Shown: positions 1-10,100 of the stretch, one piece after another
How the letters are laid out: every line of letters begins with the position of its first letter
Position numbering within the stretch: position 1 is the stretch's first letter
Source: Trichormus sp. ATA11-4-KO1
GTDB lineage: Bacteria > Cyanobacteriota > Cyanobacteriia > Cyanobacteriales > Nostocaceae
NCBI GenBank assembly: GCA_019358915.1
Contig: JAHHIM010000017.1
Coordinates: forward strand, 1 to 64,000
DNA: 64,000 nucleotides
Reading direction: 5' to 3'
Position numbers and translations under genes: made by a program
The notes under the pieces: model-generated
Databases searched by the model: none
The model's input: only the letters and a program-made list of their open reading frames with translations
Told to the model about the DNA's origin: nothing

Positions 1-126
1 GTAATGTTCCAGATTGCATTGTGCTGTGGACGGTTTGCTGATTTTTCTGATTGTCCGATACCTATTCATTGGATGATACTTTTTATCAATCCACTCTTTT
101 GCCACTTTGTCAATGCGTAAGTCCTA
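1..126 (-). mobile_element. End of an IS701-like insertion sequence with the start of its transposase (continues off the window)
   Basis: Minus-strand ATG near 69 reads MNRYRTIRKISKPSTAQCNLEHY..., resembling the N-terminus of cyanobacterial IS701-family transposases; terminus-like TAGGACTTACGCATTGACA at ~108-126 (minus). Confidence 0.55.
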
Positions 127-285
127 CTCTCTTAGCATAGTCTGTTAGTTTTTCGCCATTAATTTTGATTAAAAAAATTTAAATTTTATATAAATCCAGC
201 AATTCTCATCCCGATCTGGATTCAGGATAGTCAGACTTTTGACTCATCATCACTTCGAGAACATGTAGAAATCAGTTTTAGCCGC

Positions 286-582
286 TTAAGAGTCTATGCG
301 TAAAATTTGACAACGGTAATAAGCATAAGTATCAAACAACGCCCCGACGAAACTACAAGTCAAACTAATGATTATGAGTCCACGCAGGGGAGTACCGCTT
401 CCAAAGATGGCGAGAAAGTGCATTATCCGGGTAGCGCTGGCCTCTGTCGCCTCTTGTAAAGACGGGACATGACCGATGAGGGGTAAAAGGAATAATGTGC
501 CACCGACTAAAAACATCGGCGCAGCAAAACTAAAAAACATTGTCAGCAGTAGGGAGCGGAGAAAGTTGGTAAAAACAGTCAT
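286..582 (-). CDS. Small hypothetical membrane protein
   Basis: 98 aa ORF with two hydrophobic segments, divergent from mlaE. Confidence 0.7.
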   Translation of the reverse strand: MTVFTNFLRSLLLTMFFSFAAPMFLVGGTLFLLPLIGHVPSLQEATEASATRIMHFLAIFGSGTPLRGLIIISLTCSFVGALFDTYAYYRCQILRIDS

Positions 583-991
583 TTATGACAGGCTCCGTGA
601 ATAAAGTGAGCAATAGCTAAAAAGCTTTATGTCATCTTCTACAATACGTGCGATCGCTCCGCAGCAGACGATATGTCAAAAATCTTAAGTTTTAATTAAA
701 ATAAACCGCTATCTGCCACACCAGATGCTTCCAGCATGAATAAGTCAGAAAATGTCTAAAACCATTGAAAAATAAAGCTTTCAGTCAATGTACTTTTGTC
801 ACAATGCTACACAGCATGTTTAATCGCCGCTTGACTTTCTGAGATTAGCTTTAATTTAAGTTAATCTTTCACTAAAAATGGAGAATAAGTGACAGGTGAC
901 AAAAGATAAGTTATTCTCCCATCTTGCCCGCTCCCCATTCCCCCACAACATCCGCTATTCTTAATGCAGTTACCGAGTTAGCTACAAAACA

Positions 992-1789
992 TTGAGTGAG
1001 ACTACATCTAAATCCAGTTTAGGAGCGTGGAGTCAGCGACTGCTGGCGGCGATTTTCCTGGGTGGACAAGTAATAGTTCACCTGCTGAGGGGGAAAATAA
1101 ATTGGCGCAATACCTTAGAGCAAATGGCAGCCGTTGGGCCAGATTCCTTATTTATTGCCCTATTGACGGCTGTGTTTGTTGGTGCAGTGTTTACCATTCA
1201 GGTGGCGCGGGAGTTTATCAACTTTGGCGCGGGAAATCTGGTTGGCGGAGTGCTGGCGGTAGCATTGACACGTGAACTATCGCCTGTACTGACCGCAGTG
1301 GTTTTGGCGGGAAGGGTTGGTTCTGCCTTTGCAGCAGAAATAGGTACCATGCGGGTAACTGAACAAATCGATGCTTTATTTATCTTAAAGACCGACCCCA
1401 TTGATTACCTGGTTATCCCCCGTCTGCTTGCTTGCTGCTTAATGCTGCCCATTTTAACCCTTCTGTCTTTGTTAACGGGAATTTTGGGAGGATTGTTCAT
1501 TGCCACAAATATATATGGTATCGCCGATACAGTATTCCTAGACTCAGCCCGTAACCTGCTTGGCATCTGGGATATTTGTAGCGCCCTCATCAAGGCCGGT
1601 TGCTTTGGCTTATTAATTGCCGTCATTGGTTGCAGTTGGGGTTTAACGACATCGGGAGGAGCTAAAGGTGTAGGACAATCAACCACAACTGCCGTTGTTA
1701 CTTCCTTGCTGATTATATTTACTAGCAATTTCTTTCTTTCATGGTTAATGTTTCAGGGAACTGGTAGTGCATTGCTGCAAGGCTTTTAA
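992..1789 (+). CDS. mlaE: MlaE/TGD1-family lipid ABC transporter permease
   Basis: RELSPVLTAVVLAGRVGSAFAAEIGTMRVTEQIDAL and GVGQSTTTAVV motifs. Confidence 0.92.
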   Translation: MSETTSKSSLGAWSQRLLAAIFLGGQVIVHLLRGKINWRNTLEQMAAVGPDSLFIALLTAVFVGAVFTIQVAREFINFGAGNLVGGVLAVALTRELSPVLTAVVLAGRVGSAFAAEIGTMRVTEQIDALFILKTDPIDYLVIPRLLACCLMLPILTLLSLLTGILGGLFIATNIYGIADTVFLDSARNLLGIWDICSALIKAGCFGLLIAVIGCSWGLTTSGGAKGVGQSTTTAVVTSLLIIFTSNFFLSWLMFQGTGSALLQGF

Positions 1790-1791
1790 GA

Positions 1792-1865
1792 GTGCTTCCT
1801 TCCTGAGTGCTGAGTGCTGAGTGGGGAGTGCTGAGTGGGGAGTGCTGAGTGGGGAGTGGGGGAGC
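1792..1865. repeat. Short tandem heptamer-type repeats (GTGCTGA / GTGGGGA) led by dispersed unit GTGCTTCCTTCCTGAGTGC
   Basis: Directly visible; the leading unit recurs at ~3672 and ~17669, and as an inverted variant at ~27270. Confidence 0.85.
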
Positions 1866-1909
1866 AACTAATAACCAATGACTAACCCCTAACTCTTAAA
1901 ATAAGAGAG

Positions 1910-2326
1910 ATGTCTACTAACAAGGCAGGATTTGAAACTGTGACTAGTTCATTTGCACCGAATTCTACATCAACTGTGGAACTCAAGCCTAGCTACAATA
2001 TCCCTATAGTGTTGGTGATTGCTGCTATTCCACTACTGGTCGTGCAACCTTGGGTGGGAGCGGTAATTGCTTTTTTGGGTTTATTTCTTTTGTTTCAAAC
2101 TGTAACGTTACGTTTGCGATTTACTGCCACAGACTTAGATATTTACAGAGGCGAAAAATTACTACGGCGCTTTCCCTACCAAGAATGGCAAAACTGGCGG
2201 ATCTTTTGGAATGGAATTCCTATCCTGTTTTATTTTAAAGAAATCAACAGCATTCACTTTTTACCGATTTTGTTTGACCCTAATACCCTGAAATCTTGCC
2301 TAGAACAACATTGTCCACGTATATGA
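1910..2326 (+). CDS. DUF3119 family protein
   Basis: LFYFKEINSIHFLPILFD motif; usual position after mlaE. Confidence 0.8.
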   Translation: MSTNKAGFETVTSSFAPNSTSTVELKPSYNIPIVLVIAAIPLLVVQPWVGAVIAFLGLFLLFQTVTLRLRFTATDLDIYRGEKLLRRFPYQEWQNWRIFWNGIPILFYFKEINSIHFLPILFDPNTLKSCLEQHCPRI

Positions 2327-2395
2327 GTGCTGAGTGGTTTTGAATCTAGACTATATTTCTGAAAGCTATTTATTCGCATCATAGGAATTGCATTA

Positions 2396-3607
2396 TTGTT
2401 TATGAACCCCGAGGAATCTCAAACCCCAGAACAGATTGATGAATGGTTGGAGCAAATACAAGAACAAAAGCCTACGGTGGAAAATTCATCTGTAGAGTCA
2501 GTCGTGGAACCAGCAGCGCAAACTCCATCAATTGACACACAAGCAGATGATACAAATTTTGAGCCGCTTATTTCTAATTCAGAAGTGGCAGATTCAGAAA
2601 AGTCAACGGCTGAATCGGTAGTGCAGTTAGAAGCAGAGCAACGATTAGCTGAGTTACAACGTACTGAAACAACTCTTAAGGAAGAAATAGCCAACCTGCA
2701 AGCGTCTTACAAAACCCTTCAGGCACAACTAAGCGAAACTCAAAGCTCACTGGGACGACTTGTGCAAGAGTCGCTAGCGCAGCTAGAACAACGCAAACAA
2801 GCACTGCAAATTTCTGTTGAACAGCTAGAACGCCGTCAGGAACGCATTCGTAATGAAATGCGAACAACTTTTGCGGGAGCATCCCAAGATTTAGCAATTC
2901 GGGTGCAGGGTTTTAAAGATTATCTGACGGGTAGTTTACAGGATTTGGCAGCAGCAGCAGAGCAATTGCAATTGATGCCGGCTGTAGTCGAACGAGAAGC
3001 ACCCATAGTTATTAAAGAGGTGCAGCCTGATGCACCCCAGCCAGGAACACCGCAATTTGCCCAACAGCAGTTTCAAGATACTACAAAGAAAATTCGCCGC
3101 TTGATTGACCAATACCGCAGTAAACCAGATTATTACGGTCCCCCGTGGCAACTGCGCCGCACTTTTGAGCCAGTCCACGCTGAACGGATAGCCGATTGGT
3201 TCTTTAGCCAAGGAGGTCGTGGTGCTTTGCGGACAATGGGTAGCCGCTTGCAGAATATTCTGATTGCTTCAGCAGCGATTTCTATACTACACAGACTATA
3301 TGGCGATCGCATCCGCACCCTGGTTTTAGCTAATACACCAGAACGTTTGGGTGAATGGCGGCGCGGTTTGCAAGATTGCTTAGGAATTGGTCGCCCAGAT
3401 TTCGGCCCTGACAGGGGTGTAGTATTATTTGAAACAGCTGAAGCTTTGGCACAGAAAGCCGACCGATTGGTGAAAGCTAAACAATTGCCCTTAATTATCA
3501 TTGATGATTCTGAAGAGCAAATCAGTTTGGCAATGTTGCAATTTCCTTTATGGTTAGCCTTTGCTCCTGACCCCAAAACAGTGAAAAATTATAATGATGA
3601 CTTTTAA
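2396..3607 (+). CDS. DUF3086 coiled-coil protein (start probably ATG 2402)
   Basis: Coiled coil, then PDYYGPPWQLRRTFE and LGEWRRGLQDCLGI; usual position upstream of plsY. Confidence 0.8.
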   Translation: MFMNPEESQTPEQIDEWLEQIQEQKPTVENSSVESVVEPAAQTPSIDTQADDTNFEPLISNSEVADSEKSTAESVVQLEAEQRLAELQRTETTLKEEIANLQASYKTLQAQLSETQSSLGRLVQESLAQLEQRKQALQISVEQLERRQERIRNEMRTTFAGASQDLAIRVQGFKDYLTGSLQDLAAAAEQLQLMPAVVEREAPIVIKEVQPDAPQPGTPQFAQQQFQDTTKKIRRLIDQYRSKPDYYGPPWQLRRTFEPVHAERIADWFFSQGGRGALRTMGSRLQNILIASAAISILHRLYGDRIRTLVLANTPERLGEWRRGLQDCLGIGRPDFGPDRGVVLFETAEALAQKADRLVKAKQLPLIIIDDSEEQISLAMLQFPLWLAFAPDPKTVKNYNDDF

Positions 3608-3799
3608 TTAGTCATTAAGCTATTCGTCAAAAGTCCAGGGTTGTATCTCTTGACTTTTGGCTGAATTGAAAGTGCTTCCTTCCTGAGTGCTAAGTAAAAA
3701 ATCTAAACTCTAGTCCCTTTTGCAAGCGTTATTGGTGTACGCAGTTCATGACGACTACTGGAAACTGTCAATTTTTAATTTTCAATTTTTAATTTTTAA

Positions 3800-4486
3800 T
3801 TGTTTATGGCTATTTGGCTAACTTTATGCAGTGTCATTTTGGTTGTAGCTTACCTGTTGGGTTGCTTTCCCACTGGCTACATCGCTGTGAAGCAGTTGAA
3901 GGGTATAGATATTCGGGAAGTTGGCTCAGGTTCAACGGGAGCAACTAATGTATTAAGAACTTTAGGTAAAGGGCCGGGAGCTTTTGTTTTAGTTGTAGAT
4001 TGCTTGAAGGGTGTCTTAGCGATCGCTCTAGTCTACTATTTATTCACCTTTGCCTCTAATCAAAATTTTATCCCTCCCACGGTAGATGTCAAACTGTGGC
4101 AACCGTGGATGGTAACATTAGCTGGGTTAGCTGCCATCCTCGGCCATAGTAAATCCATTTTTTTAGGCTTTACTGGCGGTAAATCCGTCGCTACTAGTTT
4201 AGGGATTTTGTTGGCTATGAGTTGGCAGGTGGGTTTAGCCACAGCAGGTGTGTTTGCCATTGTTATAGCTATATCCAGAATTGTATCTTTGAGTTCGATT
4301 GCAGGTGCGATCGCTGTTTCTATTTTGATGGTAATTTTGCGTCAACCGTTACCCTATGTTTTGTTTGGTATCGCTGGGGGATTATATGTGATATTACGTC
4401 ACCGCAGTAATATTGAGCGTTTGTTGGCGGGAACTGAACCAAAAATTGGGCAGAAGGTAACGACGGAACCAGAACAAACGACATAA
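3800..4486 (+). CDS. plsY: Glycerol-3-phosphate acyltransferase PlsY
   Basis: GSGSTGATNVLR, FTGGKSVATSLG and HRSNIERLLAGTE motifs. Confidence 0.95.
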   Translation: MFMAIWLTLCSVILVVAYLLGCFPTGYIAVKQLKGIDIREVGSGSTGATNVLRTLGKGPGAFVLVVDCLKGVLAIALVYYLFTFASNQNFIPPTVDVKLWQPWMVTLAGLAAILGHSKSIFLGFTGGKSVATSLGILLAMSWQVGLATAGVFAIVIAISRIVSLSSIAGAIAVSILMVILRQPLPYVLFGIAGGLYVILRHRSNIERLLAGTEPKIGQKVTTEPEQTT

Positions 4487-4738
4487 TTTATTTAAGTAAG
4501 GGCTTCCGATCTTTTATTAGGACTAAAGTCCTGACTACAAACTTTGAATTATTTACAGAAGAATTTGAAAAACACAAATCATAAACTGAAGATGCGATTG
4601 CTGATTTTCTAGCAAAATGCACTCTGTTGATATCGCCCGCGCCATTGCACTAATAACGTTCTAGTCTCTCTTTCATACTTGGCTGTGAAACTCGTTTCAT
4701 CGGATCTTGCCTCTTCCTTCGTTAAATAGGGCACTTTT

Positions 4739-4903
4739 ATGACGATAAAAATCCAGACCGAAAAAGACAATTTACATGCAAGCAATAATATAGACATTCG
4801 TCAAGAAGCAGAAACCGAAAAAGTTCTATGTTCTCATTGTGGGCGCACAGCTACAAATGGTATTAAATGCAAAGGAATTTGTGTGGCTGATAATGACTAT
4901 TAA
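4739..4903 (+). CDS. 54-aa small protein with Cys-rich C-terminus (not in ORF track)
   Basis: Hand translation MTIKIQTEKDNLHASNNIDIRQEAETEKVLCSHCGRTATNGIKCKGICVADNDY*. Confidence 0.6.
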   Translation: MTIKIQTEKDNLHASNNIDIRQEAETEKVLCSHCGRTATNGIKCKGICVADNDY

Positions 4904-5060
4904 GTAAGAATTTTAATAGGATTAAAATTTAAAAATCTTTAATGTAAATTTCTTGATTTTGGGTAATACTAAATTTGGGGTATGTTTTGAGGTTGCCGTT
5001 TTTTCTGCTTTCATGGATAATATACCTTTAAGCAATCTCCATTCCCGGTCAATTAATCCT

Positions 5061-6827
5061 TTAATCTGAGTCAGGTTTTTCTGCCAATTGCTTTTGAGCA
5101 ATAGTTTGATTTGCTTTAGCTAATGTGTTATTGGGATCAAGTTTTAAGGTTTCCTCAAAAGCCGCGATCGCCTCTTCAATTCTACCTAATTTTAGCAAGG
5201 CTACTCCTTTACCTGCTAATATGTTAGCATTATCAGGATGCAAATTACTAGCACGATTGTAAGCGGTAATTGCTTCATCATATCGTTTTAAATCTAATAG
5301 TACTACGCCTCGGTTGTACCATCCTTGGGATAATTCGGGATTTAAATTAATTGCCCGATCAACAGAAATTAATGCCTCTTGATTTCTCGACAAATGCCAC
5401 AATACGACGCTACGGTTAGCCCAAATATTTGCTAATAGTGAATTATCGACTATTTGATTGCTATTTTCTAAGGCTTTATTATAGGCTGCAAGTGCTGCTT
5501 GATAGCGTTCTAATGTTCTGAGAATTCTACCTTTATTAAACCAAGCTTGAGTATATTGAGGATTAATTTCTGTGGCGCGATCGCTACTAGCAATTGCGTC
5601 TGTATATCTGCCCATATACCATTGAGTCGCAGCACGATTATTCCAGGCTTCGGCGTAGTTGGGATTCAGGGCGATCGCTCTTTCTAACGATGTCAATCCT
5701 TCTTCATAATTACCCAATCCTGCTAAGGCGATTCCTCGTTGTTCCCAAGCTAAAGCCGGACTCATATCACCCCATCTATTATCACCTTGTAGTGCTGCTT
5801 CACTAGCTTTTTGAGCTTCTTCGTGTTTGCCTAATTTGTTGAAGGTTACACTTTGATTTGCCAATGCTAAAGAGTATTGAGGACTGAGTTTGACAGCAAA
5901 CTCATAAGACACACTCGCTTGTGCTGGTTTTCCTAATAAAGTTAAAGATTTACCATGTTCTAACCAGATATCGGCATCTTGAGGATTCGTTGCAATTGCC
6001 TGATCAAATGAGGTAATTGCTGCGGTGGTTTGTCCTTGTTGCCTTTGAGCTAAACCTTTATTAAACCAGGCGATCGCAGGTGATGTATTGCCCCAATTTT
6101 TATTAGTTGTAATTGCTAAGTCACAAGCGTTAATTGCGGCGGCGAATCTGCCTAAATTAGTTAAAGCTTGACAATTTCCCACTAAGGCTAATGAATTTTC
6201 TGGATTAATGACTAAGGCGCGATTAAATGAGGCGATCGCTTCGGTAAATTGTCCTAATTTGTTTTGCGCTAGACCCTGAATATACCATGCCACTACTGCT
6301 GTTTTATTGCCCCAATTTTGATCTGAGCGTAGGGCTAAATCACAAGCAGCGATCGCTTGTTCATATTTACCCAAATTTAATAATGCTTGACAGCGTTGGG
6401 CTAAAGCTAAAGAAAATTTTGGCTGGAGACGTAAAACGCGATCTGCTGATACTAACGCTTCGCTATATTTGGCTTGTTGCAACAATATTTCTGTGCGTTC
6501 TGTCCAGATTTCTGGGTTATCTGGCTTCAAGGCAATTGCTTGATTGCAAGCAGCGATCGCTTCGGCATATTTCTGTTCTTCTCCTAGCAGCTTACACAAA
6601 CTCGCCCAGTAATCAAAATCTTGGATTTCTAAATTTTCTTGCGCTAATAAAGTTTTTGGTACTAAAAAATTCACTATTAAAAAAGCAAAAATTAGTGCCC
6701 AGCTAATACTGCTTTGCTTAAATTTATTGACTAAAATACCTGTTCTTAACCACGCATGTGATTTAATAGTAAGTTTTTTATTATTTAATAGCTGCCGTTT
6801 CTTGGTTTTGGCAAAGAAGTATTTCAT
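5061..6827 (-). CDS. Membrane-anchored or secreted tetratricopeptide repeat protein
   Basis: Hydrophobic N-terminal segment followed by many TPR units (AWYNRG...YDEAI..Y.RA..L.P); ORF track extends to 6929, ATG at 6827 more likely. Confidence 0.9.
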   Translation of the reverse strand: MKYFFAKTKKRQLLNNKKLTIKSHAWLRTGILVNKFKQSSISWALIFAFLIVNFLVPKTLLAQENLEIQDFDYWASLCKLLGEEQKYAEAIAACNQAIALKPDNPEIWTERTEILLQQAKYSEALVSADRVLRLQPKFSLALAQRCQALLNLGKYEQAIAACDLALRSDQNWGNKTAVVAWYIQGLAQNKLGQFTEAIASFNRALVINPENSLALVGNCQALTNLGRFAAAINACDLAITTNKNWGNTSPAIAWFNKGLAQRQQGQTTAAITSFDQAIATNPQDADIWLEHGKSLTLLGKPAQASVSYEFAVKLSPQYSLALANQSVTFNKLGKHEEAQKASEAALQGDNRWGDMSPALAWEQRGIALAGLGNYEEGLTSLERAIALNPNYAEAWNNRAATQWYMGRYTDAIASSDRATEINPQYTQAWFNKGRILRTLERYQAALAAYNKALENSNQIVDNSLLANIWANRSVVLWHLSRNQEALISVDRAINLNPELSQGWYNRGVVLLDLKRYDEAITAYNRASNLHPDNANILAGKGVALLKLGRIEEAIAAFEETLKLDPNNTLAKANQTIAQKQLAEKPDSD

Positions 6828-6941
6828 ATTAATTATTATTTTTGAAAATTTGTCAAGATTTATAACGGTTAATTTGTCGTGTAACCAACAATAATAAAAT
6901 ATACCAAAATTCCCTGTAATTTTTGTCACCTGCTCACATTT

Positions 6942-7120
6942 ATGAAGAGTGCTGAGTTGAAAGTGCTGGGCATAGCTGCGCTCATAGCCCGTGCTGAGTT
7001 AAAAGACCAGGGGTATCGACCTTCTCCCGATAAGAAGATTCCGCTTGACTTCGGGCGGGGCTTTTACCATAGTGCGGAAGTACTTCCTTCATCTTCTTGT
7101 TACCCAGCACTCAGCACTGA
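6942..7120 (+). repeat. MITE-like dispersed repeat, copy A
   Basis: Shares ordered blocks (ATGAAGAGTGCTGAGTT, GGTATCRACCTTCT, AAGATTCCGC, ACTTCGG, AGTGCGRAAGT) with an inverted copy at ~17712-17872. Confidence 0.55.
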
Positions 7121-7178
7121 GACAGCCTATTAATGCTATGGCGGTAATATACGCTTCACTTATTTATCTCAAATTTCT

Positions 7179-10100
7179 ATGCAGCCAACCATTTCTCTGA
7201 TCATCACTGTTTACAATCGAGAACGTTACCTCGGCGCCGCTATTGAGAGCATATTAGCTCAAACGCGGGGTGATTTTGAGCTACTGATTTGGGATGATGG
7301 TTCCACAGATAATTCACCAGAAATCGCCCGCGAGTATGCAAAACGCGATCGCCGTGTACGGGTAATCATAGCAGAACATTTGGGACGAGGATTAGCTTTA
7401 AAAGCAGCGATCGCGCAAACTCATGCACCTTACCTTGGTTGGGTAGATAGTGATGATTTGCTACATCCCCAAGCACTGGTAGAAACCGCAGGCGTTTTGG
7501 ATGCAAAACCACATATCGGTTGGGTTTACACTGATTATCTGGATATTGATCAACACAACGCAGTTCTGAGCTACGGCTATCGTTGTCTTGTTCCCTACAA
7601 CTGCGAAGAACTGTTAAATCAGTTCATGACATTTCACTTTCGGTTGATGCGTCGGGAAATTTTTGACTCGGTAGGTGGAATTGATGAATCGCTGGAAACA
7701 GCAGAAGATTATGATCTATGTTTGCGACTTTCCGAAGTCGCCCAAGTAGAACATATTTTTCAGCCACTTTACTACTACCGCACCCATCCAGAGAGTTTAT
7801 CCTGGCAACAACGACAAGAGCAAATCAAGCGATCGCATCAAGCGATTGTCAAAGCCAAGCAACGGAGGAAGCATTTAACCCAAACAGTTAACAATCAAGC
7901 AACCCGCACAGGTGGGTTTTATGCAACTTCCACTAGTGCAAGATTCATTCTTTTTGCTTTACTTTGTCTATCTCCCAACTTAGTAAAAGCCCAAAACATT
8001 ACTCCAGCACCAGATAACACCGGCACTCTTGTTAACACCCAAGGCAATAATATTGATATTAGTGGCGGTAGTTTAAGTAGCGATCGCGCTAACTTATTTC
8101 ACAGTTTCTCAAAATTTGGACTTGATGTTAATCAAACTGCCAATTTTCTTTCTCAACCATCGATTCAAAATATTTTAGGGCGTGTCACAGGTGGCGAAGC
8201 TTCCTTAATTAACGGACTAATTACAGTCACAGGCGGTAATTCCAACTTATATTTAATCAATCCGGCGGGAATTATTTTTGGTGCTAATGCTAGTTTGAAC
8301 GTCCCCGCTTCCTTCACTGCGACAACTGCTAACCGCATCGGCTTGGGTGAAAATTGGTTTAATGCTAGTGGCTGGAATAAATATAATGAGTTGCTGGGTA
8401 CACCTCACAGCTTTGCCTTTGATTCTACTATTGCTAGTGCGATTTTCAATGAAGGCAATCTAGCCGTCACATCAGGTAATTTAACTTTATTAGGCGGTAC
8501 TGTAGCTAGTACCGGAGAACTTTTTGCGCCTGGTGGTAACATCACCGTTGCGGCTGTACCGGGTACAAGCTTACTACGCTTCAGCATTCCCGGAAATCCT
8601 CTTAGTTTAGAAATTCAACCTCTAAATAATAATCAATCAGAGAATTTTCTAGCTAAATTGTTAACAGGTGGAGGCGGTGTGAATGCTTCCACATTGCAAG
8701 TCCACAGCAACGGTGAGGTAGAACTGATTGGTTCAGGTTTACGAGTTGAAAATGGTGATGTGGTAGTGAAAAAGGCCACTGCTGACACCGCTACATTCAG
8801 CGCTAACCGTAACTTGACATTACCAGAAAGCCAACTTTTAACTACTGGTGAGCTGAATTTATTCGCCCAAAATACTGTAACAGTTCGTGAAAGTACCGCC
8901 AATGCTTTCACTGCGATCGCTGGTGGTAATCTTTACATTCAAGGTAATCAAGGTATTGATGTTTTAGCAATTGATCATCTAGATAAAACACCTTTTGTCA
9001 GTGGTGGTAATTTAACTTTAGTTAGTGATGGTACAATTTCCCTGGATGCACACTTTGCTAGTGGTGGTAGGTTTTCTATTCTCAACTCTCAAGGTCAAAG
9101 TAACAGTTTTATTAGTCTTTATGACCCGATAATTAGCGCTAATCAAGATGTAGAATTTGATAGTTATACAGGTCCATCACTGAAAGTAGAATCAACAGGA
9201 AGTATTACTGTTAATGGTGATATTACGATTAATAGCCCCGACTTTTCACTTGCTTCTTTTTGCGGTTATGGTAATCCTTGCTCAAGTGATGCTCAAATTT
9301 TAGCTGATGAGCTAGCTTTAATTCTCCGAGCAGGTGTCAGCCAATTAGAAGAAACTAATTTTGGAAGTCTACCGCCAACTTTAACCCTTAGTGGTAACTC
9401 ATCTTCCCCAGGCAATATTACCGTAACAGGTAATATCAGAATTGCCGATTATGGTGGGCCAGTCATTATGAGCGCGACAGGTGATATCACACTTGCTAAT
9501 ATCGAAACAGTGTCCAGCTTTTTTTCTACAAGTGGTCGAGTTGAATTAATATCAGGGGGTAATATTACAACAAATGCAATTGATTCCTTTGCAGAAAGTA
9601 GCTATGGTGCTGCAATAGCAGGGGATATCACATTAGAAGCTGAAGGTAATATAGACACAGGTAATATTAATTCCTCAACCATTGCATCAGGCACTGCTAG
9701 AAGTGGCGAGGTAAATTTACAAGTAAACAATATAGGCAAAATTTTGACTGGTGCTATCAATACCTCGGCTACTTCTTTTCTTAGTCCAAGTTCAGCGTAT
9801 GGTGGCGCTGTTACCTTACAAACATCACAACCAGGCGGCGATATTACCTTTGAGAGTATCAACACTCAAGCTATTGATTTCACGGGAGGCGCTGCTGAAG
9901 GTGGTGATGTCAGTGTTTTGGCAAATGGGGTAGTGAGAGGACTAGGGGTAGTTACAAATACTAGTGATACCATCTTGACTGATGGCGAAACACAACCAGG
10001 ATTTGTGACAATTCAACATGATGGCGGGGCGGATAATGTGCCGTTTATAGTTGGTGATTCTAGCTTGAATGGCACCCAGGGAAATATCAATACTGGTAAC

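Noticed and set aside
1792..1865. Tandem repeats as a possible CRISPR array (also ~28000-28100)
   Set aside because: 7-bp units with no unique spacers and no cas genes; ordinary Nostocales short tandem repeats
4609..4797. 62-aa minus-strand ORF
   Set aside because: No motifs; overlaps the more plausible + strand Cys microprotein
6942..7133. 63-aa ORF MKSAELK... (and related 17723..17917)
   Set aside because: Both are read through the dispersed repeat element
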